From: an uncultured virus (IMG/VR IMGVR_UViG_3300020056_000010)
Taxonomy: Duplodnaviria; Heunggongvirae; Uroviricota; Caudoviricetes
DNA length: 64,000 nucleotides
Virus record (IMG/VR): IMGVR_UViG_3300020056_000010
Strand: one strand, 5' to 3'
Shown: piece by piece, positions 17,501 through 26,425 of the stretch
Numbering within the stretch: position 1 is the first letter of the stretch
Layout of the letters: every line of letters begins with the position of its first letter
Translations under genes and position numbers: made by a program
Notes under the pieces: model-generated
Databases searched by the model: none
Told to the model about the DNA's origin: nothing
What the model saw: the letters and a program-made list of their open reading frames with translations, nothing else

Positions 17501-19321
17501 TTATTGGAACATGTAGTCTTTACGTAATTGCGAATCTTTTCCAAACATCATTTGGAACATACCAGCATCATCAACCGTAACTGTGTCGTACACTGGTTTA
17601 TTGATAATAGTATCATATTCTTCTTCCGTCAAACTTCCTAAACCTTTGATGTAGCGATGTTTCCACCCATCTTTGCTTGACTTAAATTCATTCGCCTCTT
17701 CATATGTATAAAACCACTTGATTTGAGATCCTTTTGTAGAAATCATAATTGGTGTACGAGTGATTTTAACTTTCTTTTCAAGAAGAAGACGAGGCCAAAA
17801 CTTATAAAAGAATGCAATAAGCAATGGACTAATGTGGCCGATACCATCGTGGTCAGCATCAGTCAGTGTTGCAATATGTTCATATGTCATATCATCAACT
17901 GAGTTTGGATTTGTAATATCCAATCCAAGAACTGAGATCAATTCTGAGAGCTCTTTGTTCTTAAGAACATCAGCAGGTTTCATATCCCATGTGTTCATAA
18001 TAACACCACGAAGAGGATAAGCACCCACCTTATTTGGATCACGTACTTTGAGAAGGAAGCCCATCGCTGAGTCACCCTCCACGATTTTCAAAGTGGCATC
18101 ATCCTTATTTGCTGCAATATGCTTAGCCACCTTAACCTTACGCAATTTCTTTTGAGCAAGAGTAGCAGCTCGTTTGTCTGCAGCGATTTTCTTTGCAAGC
18201 TGAGCCTCAATAATCGGATCAATAATAGATGGAGTATTCAGGATCTTACGAGCAAAGAAATCAGCCTCACGAATGCCAGACGCAATCGCATGTTCTTTCA
18301 CATTACCCATTGGATTCGTCAGTCTTTCTTTTGTCTGCGAGTCAAATTTTGGGTTAGTAAAGTTCTTAGCGAACATGACAAACGTAAGACCGTTCTTGAT
18401 CGTTGATTTTACAACTTCAATCTTATGCTTGCGCTTAATCATAGTTGTAAGTTCTTCAACAATACCATTCACGATAAAGTCTACATATGTACCACCTTGT
18501 CGTGTATTCACACCATTTACAAATGAGTTGGTACGGAAACCATCTTCAGATGTAGTGATGAAGAATGAAAGATCTTCAGTTTTCTCTATGATTGCTTCTT
18601 CACCAAAAAGCTCAGCATACTTTTTCAGGTTGTTGACCTTGATGCGTCGCTTATTAAAAGAGAATGCAATTTCAGGGAATGCCATTTGAAGCGAAGACAA
18701 ACGATCTTCAACTAAAGCAACTGTATCTAGTTCTTGTAAACTGTCGACTTCGAACAAATCGAAATCAGGAGTAAACCAGACTTCAGTTCCGTTTCCGTCT
18801 TTTGGAGTTTGCTTTTCACGAATATCCTCTGCACCATTCTTACATTCAACTGTAAGCATATTGCCGTTAGACCAAGTCTTACCGACAAACTTAGATGATA
18901 AGAAGTTAGTAGCAGCTGAGCCAACACCGTTGGTACCAATAGTTACTCGTTCATCGTCAAAACTTGTACCCGCATTAACACGTGTCCAAGCTGCAGTCGC
19001 ACGAGCAATCTTGCTGTCTGTTGTCTCATCATAAACAAGCTCTTGCGGAATACCACGGCCATTGTCCGTGATCGTCACCTTATTATTATCTATAGACACG
19101 TTGATTTTGTTCGCATACTCAAAGTTTGTGCGAATGGCTTCGTCTATAGAGTTGTCAAGAATCTCGTCAATCATTTTCGATAGCGCTGGAACATACCGTG
19201 AGGTTTTCCATTCACCCATCACAAAACGCTCGACCTGTTCTTGAGCACTAGAGCCCATATACATACCAATACGTTCTCTGACGTGTTGGCGAGCTGTTAA
19301 GATTTTGAACTGTTCAGTCAA
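17501..19321 (-). CDS. gp39: DNA topoisomerase II large subunit (gp39+gp60 fused)
   Basis: EILDNSIDE, DNGRGIP, EGDSA, PLRG, DADHDG, YIKGLG. Confidence 0.95.
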   Translation of the reverse strand: MTEQFKILTARQHVRERIGMYMGSSAQEQVERFVMGEWKTSRYVPALSKMIDEILDNSIDEAIRTNFEYANKINVSIDNNKVTITDNGRGIPQELVYDETTDSKIARATAAWTRVNAGTSFDDERVTIGTNGVGSAATNFLSSKFVGKTWSNGNMLTVECKNGAEDIREKQTPKDGNGTEVWFTPDFDLFEVDSLQELDTVALVEDRLSSLQMAFPEIAFSFNKRRIKVNNLKKYAELFGEEAIIEKTEDLSFFITTSEDGFRTNSFVNGVNTRQGGTYVDFIVNGIVEELTTMIKRKHKIEVVKSTIKNGLTFVMFAKNFTNPKFDSQTKERLTNPMGNVKEHAIASGIREADFFARKILNTPSIIDPIIEAQLAKKIAADKRAATLAQKKLRKVKVAKHIAANKDDATLKIVEGDSAMGFLLKVRDPNKVGAYPLRGVIMNTWDMKPADVLKNKELSELISVLGLDITNPNSVDDMTYEHIATLTDADHDGIGHISPLLIAFFYKFWPRLLLEKKVKITRTPIMISTKGSQIKWFYTYEEANEFKSSKDGWKHRYIKGLGSLTEEEYDTIINKPVYDTVTVDDAGMFQMMFGKDSQLRKDYMFQ

Positions 19322-19385
19322 GATTTTATCCCTTTTGGAAACATTATTAAGCTATTCTATACTATTTCTTTTGTTATGTCAACCC

Positions 19386-19460
19386 TTAAATTTCTCCAAT
19401 CCAGTGGGTACAGTCATCGCAAGGATCATCGAATTGATAACACCGATAGTCTTCGGCCAT
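19386..19460 (-). CDS. 24-aa Cys-containing micro-ORF
   Basis: AAAGGA RBS; MAEDYRCYQFDDPCDDCTHWIGEI; promoters upstream. Confidence 0.5.
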   Translation of the reverse strand: MAEDYRCYQFDDPCDDCTHWIGEI

Positions 19461-19486
19461 GCAGTTCCTTTCGGTTGTTGGCTCAT

Positions 19487-19498
19487 TATTTATAAATA
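19487..19498. promoter_or_regulatory. Bidirectional T4 late promoter
   Basis: TATTTATAAATA between divergent genes. Confidence 0.75.
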
Positions 19499-19537
19499 CT
19501 ATCATAGAGTTTCAGAAATGTCAACAGGAAATTTCAT

Positions 19538-20020
19538 ATGATTACAAATTATCTGTCTCCAGTTGGCTTTGTGGTGTCAATTCAACGACTACCAAATGTA
19601 GAATTTTTCACACAAAGAGCCACGATTCCAGGAGTCAACATTACACCTGCACCTCAGGCTGCTCCCATCCATCAGTTGTATGCTGTTGGTGATCGCCTTG
19701 AGTACCAAGAACTCGACATGAATTTTATCGTGGACGAGTCTATGAATAATTATAATGAGATCCTTGCATGGATGGAAGGTATTGGTACTCCAGAAAAGTC
19801 GACACAGTTCAGAGATCTTGAGAAAGGTGACGGCACTACATCAGACATCCGCATCGTGATTTCAAACTCTAACAAGAATCCAAACATTGAGTTTACTTTC
19901 TTCGATTGCTTTCCAACTAGCCTCAGCCCAGTCTCTTTAGATGTGACAGGAACTGACGTCATCTACCCTGAATGCTCAGTAACTTTCAGGTATACTCGTT
20001 TCGAATACAGAAAAATGTAG
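19538..20020 (+). CDS. gp3: Tail completion / sheath stabiliser
   Basis: NYLSP.GF, VEFF.Q...IPG, F.VDE...NY.EI..W; lies upstream of uvsY-uvsW as in marine T4-like phages. Confidence 0.8.
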   Translation: MITNYLSPVGFVVSIQRLPNVEFFTQRATIPGVNITPAPQAAPIHQLYAVGDRLEYQELDMNFIVDESMNNYNEILAWMEGIGTPEKSTQFRDLEKGDGTTSDIRIVISNSNKNPNIEFTFFDCFPTSLSPVSLDVTGTDVIYPECSVTFRYTRFEYRKM

Positions 20021-20049
20021 TTGACATTTCTATCAAAGTGTGATAGAAT
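20021..20049 (+). promoter_or_regulatory. sigma70-type promoter for uvsY-uvsW
   Basis: TTGACA-17-TAGAAT. Confidence 0.75.
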
Positions 20050-20079
20050 GTATTATAAAATGGTTTTGAAAGGTATGAA

Positions 20080-20517
20080 ATGAGTACTGATGATATAAGT
20101 GAGATTTGGGCAAAAGATGCAAACATCGACGAAACGAATCTCGTCGGTGAGTCTAAGAAAATCCCTTCATTACATAGCAAGTACTATAACATGTACTTCC
20201 GAGAAGCGCTTAAAGTGAAGAAGCTTCGTTATGATTACAAGCAACTTGAGCTTGCAAAGAGAGAGTGGTATGATGGATCTATGGCTGAAGAAGATCTTCG
20301 TGAACGCGGATGGAAACCATACCAGAAAAAAATCATTCGTCAGGATATAGATAAATATATCCAAGCAGACAAGGATATTGTAAATCTAAGTTTAAAGATC
20401 GACTATCATACAGCTCGAGCAGATTACTTAGAAGACATTGTGAAAACTATTCATAGTAGAAACTTCATTATTAAATCAATGATTGATGTGTTGAAGTTTC
20501 AAGCAGGAGAGTACTAG
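20080..20517 (+). CDS. uvsY: Recombination mediator
   Basis: W.KD..ID, IP.LHSKY, R.F.IK motifs. Confidence 0.9.
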   Translation: MSTDDISEIWAKDANIDETNLVGESKKIPSLHSKYYNMYFREALKVKKLRYDYKQLELAKREWYDGSMAEEDLRERGWKPYQKKIIRQDIDKYIQADKDIVNLSLKIDYHTARADYLEDIVKTIHSRNFIIKSMIDVLKFQAGEY

Positions 20518-20520
20518 ATT

Positions 20521-22011
20521 ATGAGTGATGTGGTGAATGTTGAGGAAGGAAATGCGGTACACCTGAAGGTGACGGCCGATCCCGGCACTCGCCAAGAAAT
20601 CGCTGAATACTTTTCTTTCAAGCCATCCGGCTACCAGTTCTCTCCAGCATATAAAAATAGAGTGTGGGATGGTACCATTCGTTTGTATCAACCTATGCGC
20701 CCAGTACTTTATGTTGGTTTGTTTCCAAGACTGAAAAAGTTTTGCGAAGATCGTGGTTATGAGTTAAATGCACCAGCACATCTAATGCATGGAGAGGAGA
20801 TTCCTGATGACTACGGTTATGAATTGGCTAAAGAGATTGGTTGTAAGTTTGAACCACGCGATTACCAAAACCAATACGTTGTTGATGCAATCCGGGATTC
20901 AAGATCACTCTCCTTGTCTCCTACTAGTTCTGGCAAATCGTTAATCATCTATCTGATACAACAACACTATTGGAGAGTTTATGAGCACAGAACACTTATC
21001 ATCGTCCCAACAATCTCACTGGTTCATCAGATGGCTGGAGACTTTAGGGACTATGGATGCGAAGACGACATATACACGATTCAGGGCGGTGTAGATAAGA
21101 ATACAGATGCTTCAATCGTTATCTCAACTTGGCAGTCACTCATCAAACAACCAAAGGATTGGTTCTCTCAGTTTGGTGTCGTACTTGGCGACGAAGCTCA
21201 TTTGTTCCAGGCCAAAAGCCTTCAAAAAATTATGGAAGGTTTAGATCAGTGTTACTATCGACATGGCTTTACTGGTACTTTAAAATCAGAAGAAAGCAAG
21301 ACACATCGGCTGGTACTAGAAGGTTGCTTTGGCGGCGTAAGAAGGCACGTGACGACTAAAGACTTGATGGATTCAGGTACTGTTGCAGACTTTAACGTTA
21401 AAGCAATCGTATTGTCACATCAACAGGATGTAAGAAAAAGCTTTAAGAAAGCGATTGGTCAGATACAGGTAGCAAGTAAAAAGTATCCTGCTGAAAGAGA
21501 ATTCATTGTCAACAATCACAAGCGAAACATTTTTATTAGAAATTTGCTTTGGTCTCTCAAAGATCAGAACAATTTGGTTTTGTTTGATTTGGTTGAAAAG
21601 CATGGCAAGATCCTAGAGCCGATGCTAAAGAAAGATGATCGCCAACTCCATTTTATATATGGTGCTACAAAAGGCGACGAGAGAGAACGTATCAGACATC
21701 TCGTTGAGAATGATCCCATCAAACAACATGATATCCTTGCATCATATGGTGTTTTCTCAACGGGTGTAAATTTAAAAAAACTTGATAACGTAATCTTCGC
21801 TTCTGGTTCTAAATCTGAAATCAAAGTATTGCAATCAATTGGTCGTGCCCTTCGAAAGGGCAACGACGCCGATAAGGCGACTCTGTATGATATTGCTGAC
21901 GATCTTTCGGTGGGGACTTACCAGAACTATACTCTCCAGCATTTCCGGAAACGGATTGAGATCTACGGTCAGGAACAGTTTGCTGTCAAGATATACACAG
22001 TAGAAATCTAA
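20521..22011 (+). CDS. uvsW: DNA helicase UvsW
   Basis: WDG.IRL, SPTSSGKS, DEAH, QSIGR.LR. Confidence 0.95.
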   Translation: MSDVVNVEEGNAVHLKVTADPGTRQEIAEYFSFKPSGYQFSPAYKNRVWDGTIRLYQPMRPVLYVGLFPRLKKFCEDRGYELNAPAHLMHGEEIPDDYGYELAKEIGCKFEPRDYQNQYVVDAIRDSRSLSLSPTSSGKSLIIYLIQQHYWRVYEHRTLIIVPTISLVHQMAGDFRDYGCEDDIYTIQGGVDKNTDASIVISTWQSLIKQPKDWFSQFGVVLGDEAHLFQAKSLQKIMEGLDQCYYRHGFTGTLKSEESKTHRLVLEGCFGGVRRHVTTKDLMDSGTVADFNVKAIVLSHQQDVRKSFKKAIGQIQVASKKYPAEREFIVNNHKRNIFIRNLLWSLKDQNNLVLFDLVEKHGKILEPMLKKDDRQLHFIYGATKGDERERIRHLVENDPIKQHDILASYGVFSTGVNLKKLDNVIFASGSKSEIKVLQSIGRALRKGNDADKATLYDIADDLSVGTYQNYTLQHFRKRIEIYGQEQFAVKIYTVEI

Positions 22012-22036
22012 TATTGGTTTGTAACTGATAAATCAG

Positions 22037-22065
22037 ATTATACCAGGCTTTGATAGTGATGTCAA
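22037..22065 (-). promoter_or_regulatory. Perfect sigma70 promoter antisense to uvsW
   Basis: TTGACA-17-TATAAT on the minus strand. Confidence 0.65.
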
Positions 22066-22098
22066 CAGTTTTTTTCACAATATAGTAACTTTTTACAG

Positions 22099-22127
22099 TT
22101 GACATTTCAGTCAATATGTACTATATT
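22099..22127 (+). promoter_or_regulatory. sigma70-type promoter for gp55
   Basis: TTGACA-17-TATATT. Confidence 0.8.
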
Positions 22128-22163
22128 ATATCTAAGCAACATTAGGAGGCGCAAAGAAATGCT

Positions 22164-22670
22164 ATGGCTAAAAGAGCAACCCGCAATTACGTAAACAACA
22201 AAGATCTTCTTGAAGCACTCATCAAGTACAAAGAAGAGTGTAGAGAAGCAGAGGATGCAGGAGATCCGTTGCCACGAGTGCCAGACTACATTGGAAAGTG
22301 TATCTATCAGATCGCTACTCGGCTTGCAACAAAACCAAACTTCTCTGGATATTCTTATAAAGAAGATATGATTTCAGATGGAATTGAGAACTGCCTACTT
22401 TATATCGGTAACTTCAATCCTGAGAAATCTCAGAATCCATTCGCTTACTTCACTCAAATTATTTGGTACGCGTTCCTGCGCCGTATTCAAAAAGAAAAGA
22501 AGCAGATGTACATTCGATTTAAGTCATCTCAGAACATGTTAGCAACAGGTGATACTTATTCTGGAGGTGAAGAGGTTAATTTGAATCTTACAACAAGTGC
22601 AGATTATATGAATACATTTATTGAAGATTTTGAAGATAAGCTGAAGAAAGATAAGGAAAAGAAAAAGTGA
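22164..22670 (+). CDS. gp55: Late-transcription sigma factor
   Basis: YVNNK, NFSGYSYKEDMI.DG.E, NPFAYFTQI...AF.RRI.KEK. Confidence 0.95.
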   Translation: MAKRATRNYVNNKDLLEALIKYKEECREAEDAGDPLPRVPDYIGKCIYQIATRLATKPNFSGYSYKEDMISDGIENCLLYIGNFNPEKSQNPFAYFTQIIWYAFLRRIQKEKKQMYIRFKSSQNMLATGDTYSGGEEVNLNLTTSADYMNTFIEDFEDKLKKDKEKKK

Positions 22671-23731
22671 AGATAGCAATCGTAACAGATATGCATATCG
22701 GAGTCCGTGGTGATTCCAAAGTTTTTGCAGATCATCAAGAGAAGTTCTTCTTAGAATGTTTCTTTCCATATCTTGACGAGCATGGGATTGATACTGTATT
22801 TGATCTAGGCGATACATTCGATCGTCGTAAGTTCATCAACTATGTATCACTTAAGCGTGGTAAAGAGTTCTTCTTTGATCAGCTTGCAAAACGAAACATT
22901 GAGTATCATGCTCTGGTTGGAAATCATACGACATACTACACTAATACGAATGAAGTGAATAGTATGGATCTTCTTCTAAAAGAGTATGACAACTTTCACA
23001 TCTATCAGCACGAAACAAAAGAGTTGACATTTGGATCAACTAAGTTTATAATGGTACCGTGGATTACAAAAGACAATAATCAGCATTGCTTTGATAGCAT
23101 CAAGAACTCAGATGCTCATGTCCTTGCTGGTCACCTCGAGCTTAAAGGCTTTGAGATGATGAAAGGTCAAGTTTGTACTCACGGTATGGATAAAGATCTG
23201 TTCAGTCATTACGAGCAGGTTTGGTCTGGTCACTTCCATCATCCTTCTAAGTATGGTAACATCGAGTACCTTGGTGCACCCTACGAGATGACTTGGTCAG
23301 ACTATCAGGGAAAGCGTGGCTTCCATGTTTTTGATACAGAAACAAGAGAGCTTACTCGAATTGATAATCCATTCCAGATATTCCACAAAATTGAATACGA
23401 TGATAGTGATATGACAATTGAAGATATTGCTCATCTTGATACCACAAACATCAAAGATGCGTATATCAAAGTGATTGTAAAGAACAGAACAAATCCTTAC
23501 ATTCACGATTTGTTTATCAACAAACTTACAGATGCTGGTGCCACTGATGTTAAATCAATCGAAGACACCTTGAATATTGAAAGTGAGGGAATGGATGAAA
23601 TCCTTGATGAAACCCAAGATACGAAGGACATACTTCATGCCTTTATCGATTCTATGGAAACAAAGGTAGATAAAGTGAGTGTAAAGAGAGTTATTGATGA
23701 TTTATATATTGAGGCACAAAGTATTGCATGA
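22667..23731 (+). CDS. gp47: Recombination endonuclease subunit (Mre11-like)
   Basis: DMH.G, GD.FD, GNH, SGHFH. Confidence 0.95.
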   Translation: MKIAIVTDMHIGVRGDSKVFADHQEKFFLECFFPYLDEHGIDTVFDLGDTFDRRKFINYVSLKRGKEFFFDQLAKRNIEYHALVGNHTTYYTNTNEVNSMDLLLKEYDNFHIYQHETKELTFGSTKFIMVPWITKDNNQHCFDSIKNSDAHVLAGHLELKGFEMMKGQVCTHGMDKDLFSHYEQVWSGHFHHPSKYGNIEYLGAPYEMTWSDYQGKRGFHVFDTETRELTRIDNPFQIFHKIEYDDSDMTIEDIAHLDTTNIKDAYIKVIVKNRTNPYIHDLFINKLTDAGATDVKSIEDTLNIESEGMDEILDETQDTKDILHAFIDSMETKVDKVSVKRVIDDLYIEAQSIA

Positions 23732-25440
23732 AGATATTATTTAAGGAATTGCGTTATAAGAATATTCTATCTACGGGAAATTCTTTTACAACAATTCATT
23801 TAAACAAACAGACAAACACTCTAGTGAGTGGTACGAATGGCGCAGGCAAATCTACAATGCTTGACGCCATTGTATTTTCTTTATATGGTAAACCTTTCCG
23901 TAAGATTAATAAGCCACAGCTTATCAACTCTATCAATCAAAAAGAATTACTTGTTGAGATTGATTTTGTAATTGGCCAAGCTCAGTATATGGTACGCCGC
24001 GGTATCAGACCAAACTTGTTTGAAATCTTTAAGAATGGTGAGCTTATCAATCAAGATGCGGCAGCTCGTGACTATCAAACATATCTTGAGAAAAACATTT
24101 TAAGATTAAATTATAAGTCATTTACTCAGATCGTTGTACTTGGTAGCGCTACATATGTACCATTTATGGAATTGCCAGCACATGGCAGACGAGAAGTTAT
24201 TGAAGATCTTCTTGATATTCAAGTCTTTAGTACAATGAATACTCTTCTCAAAGAACGTTTGATCGAGAACAAAGAACAGATCTCTGAAAACAACTATCAA
24301 AAAGATTTGACAAAATCTAAGATTGAATCTGCTGAAGCTCATAATGCTTCTATTCGCCAGATTCGCCAAGATGAAGTTGACAAAATCAAGGAAAAAATGA
24401 ATGAGCACATATCTAAGATTGAGGCAGAGAAAGCAGAAATTGAAAGCACTCAAGAAGCTATTGAAGAACTCATCAAAACAATCTCAGATAAATCAGACGT
24501 CAAGTCAAAAATCGACAAAGCTCGAAACCTAAATCAAGAACTTAATTCTAATCTTCGTAATTATATGAAAGAGCTTGCTTTCTATCATGATAACGATAGT
24601 TGTCCTACATGTAAACAAGGTATTGCTCATGAATTCAAACAAGAACAAATTATTACCAAAGATCAAAAAGTAGCAGAGCTTGAGAAAGGTATCGAAGAGT
24701 TAGCAGCAAAGGTTACTACATATGAAAACCGCATCAATGAAATATCTTCGATTGAGGATAAAACTGCATCTCTTAACGTGCAAATTAGTGAGCATCGAGC
24801 AACGATTAAAATCTCAAAAAATGCACTTGTATCTTATAAAAAAGAGCTTGACAAAGCTGAAGAAGAAGTCGAAGCGGTAGATCAAACTCAACTCAATCTT
24901 TTACGAGAAACAATGCAGTCTATCGAGACTCAACAAACCGATCTCTTTAATCATAAAGAAGTCTTGTCTGTGGTGTCAACTATGCTTAAAGATGGAGGCA
25001 TCAAATCAAAAATCATTCGTCAGTATATCCCAGTGATGAACAAACTCATCAATAAATACTTGAGTGCTTTTGATTTGTTCGTTGACTTTCAACTTGACGA
25101 GAACTTCAATGAGGTGATTAAGTCTCGTTTCAGAGATGCTTTCTCATACTCTTCATTCTCAGAAGGCGAGAAGCTTCGCATCACTCTATCAATTATGCTA
25201 TCATGGAGAACCGTAGCAAAGCTTCGTAACTCAGTATCAACAAACTTATTGGTACTTGACGAAACTCTTGATGGCGCAATGGATGGTGTAGGTGTTGAAA
25301 ACTTGATTGAAACTCTACAAAATCTAAATGCAGAAGATAACATCTTCGTTATTAGCCACCGTGGCGACCAGTTTGGTGACAAGTTTGAAGGCCATATTAA
25401 ATTTCAAAAGGTTAAAAACTTCAGTGAAATAGCGGCCTAG
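23728..25440 (+). CDS. gp46: Recombination ATPase subunit (Rad50-like)
   Basis: GTNGAGKST, CPTC hook, FSEGE, LDE, ISH. Confidence 0.95.
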   Translation: MKILFKELRYKNILSTGNSFTTIHLNKQTNTLVSGTNGAGKSTMLDAIVFSLYGKPFRKINKPQLINSINQKELLVEIDFVIGQAQYMVRRGIRPNLFEIFKNGELINQDAAARDYQTYLEKNILRLNYKSFTQIVVLGSATYVPFMELPAHGRREVIEDLLDIQVFSTMNTLLKERLIENKEQISENNYQKDLTKSKIESAEAHNASIRQIRQDEVDKIKEKMNEHISKIEAEKAEIESTQEAIEELIKTISDKSDVKSKIDKARNLNQELNSNLRNYMKELAFYHDNDSCPTCKQGIAHEFKQEQIITKDQKVAELEKGIEELAAKVTTYENRINEISSIEDKTASLNVQISEHRATIKISKNALVSYKKELDKAEEEVEAVDQTQLNLLRETMQSIETQQTDLFNHKEVLSVVSTMLKDGGIKSKIIRQYIPVMNKLINKYLSAFDLFVDFQLDENFNEVIKSRFRDAFSYSSFSEGEKLRITLSIMLSWRTVAKLRNSVSTNLLVLDETLDGAMDGVGVENLIETLQNLNAEDNIFVISHRGDQFGDKFEGHIKFQKVKNFSEIAA

Positions 25441-25451
25441 AAAGGATTACA

Positions 25452-25679
25452 ATGCAACACTCTATAGAAGATCTTATTAAAAGAATAAACGCTATGAAAG
25501 ATAAAGCGATTCAAGTTCATCGACTTCGAAACGAATTTGCTGAAATTTCTGGTAAAGAATATGATAAGGAATCCTGTAAGAGGTTGATTGAAGATATTCA
25601 AACACTGGCCTTGGGTATTGCTATGGACCGAGAAGGTGATGACATAATTACAGAGATGGATTCTTGGAAAGAAAAATGA
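25452..25679 (+). CDS. Hypothetical protein
   Basis: AAGGA RBS, in operon. Confidence 0.65.
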   Translation: MQHSIEDLIKRINAMKDKAIQVHRLRNEFAEISGKEYDKESCKRLIEDIQTLALGIAMDREGDDIITEMDSWKEK

Positions 25680-26371
25680 AGCTTCTTGATCCTAAAAGAT
25701 ACATTACAACTCACTTACATGACAGAGATACTTATGCTACTATGGTGCACGAGTTTTTCAATCTCGACACGTACGGTTGGTGGTATCAAGTAAAGCCAGG
25801 TGATATTGTAATGGATATTGGTTCTTGCATTGGAATGTTTACTTGTAAAGCACTCGAACAGGGTGCTAAACATGTTTATTCAGTAGAACCAAACATTAAA
25901 CTTCTTCACACTACTATGGTCAATGCTATGCCTGCTATCTCAAGATCGGCAGAGCAAAGAGTAACTCCTATTAATGCCTTCATCGGCCACTCAGATCACG
26001 GGTTTGGTGTTAAAGGAGATGAAGCACCACATAAATCATTTAAAGAGATTATAGAAGAATACGAAATAGATCATCTTGATTTCTTAAAAGTCGATTGTGA
26101 AGGTGGTGAGTATGATATCTTTATGAAAGAAAACTATGACTTCTTATTCAATAAGGTACATCATATTGCTATGGAAGTACATCTTGACGTATATCCCGAA
26201 GCGCCCGAACGATTTATCAAGATGAGAGATAAATTTATACGAAGATGGCCAGGCCATATTCGGTTTTTAAAGTTAGAACATAGAAAGAAAACATGGGACG
26301 ACAACTACATAAGAGGAGACTGGCCAATAGGCTGGGGAAGCTCTTGGATGATCTATCTAACACGCATTTAA
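25664..26371 (+). CDS. FkbM-family methyltransferase
   Basis: DIGSCIG, VEP, LKVDCEGGE. Confidence 0.85.
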   Translation: MERKMKLLDPKRYITTHLHDRDTYATMVHEFFNLDTYGWWYQVKPGDIVMDIGSCIGMFTCKALEQGAKHVYSVEPNIKLLHTTMVNAMPAISRSAEQRVTPINAFIGHSDHGFGVKGDEAPHKSFKEIIEEYEIDHLDFLKVDCEGGEYDIFMKENYDFLFNKVHHIAMEVHLDVYPEAPERFIKMRDKFIRRWPGHIRFLKLEHRKKTWDDNYIRGDWPIGWGSSWMIYLTRI

Positions 26372-26374
26372 TGG

Positions 26375-26403
26375 TTTACAAAATGAACATTATGTGTTAT
26401 AAT
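26375..26403 (+). promoter_or_regulatory. sigma70-type promoter for gp43
   Basis: TTTACA-17-TATAAT. Confidence 0.65.
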
Positions 26404-26425
26404 GTAAAATATATGATACAAACAG

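Noticed and set aside
17501..19321. T4 gene 60-style translational bypass
   Set aside because: gp39 and gp60 regions are in one uninterrupted frame.
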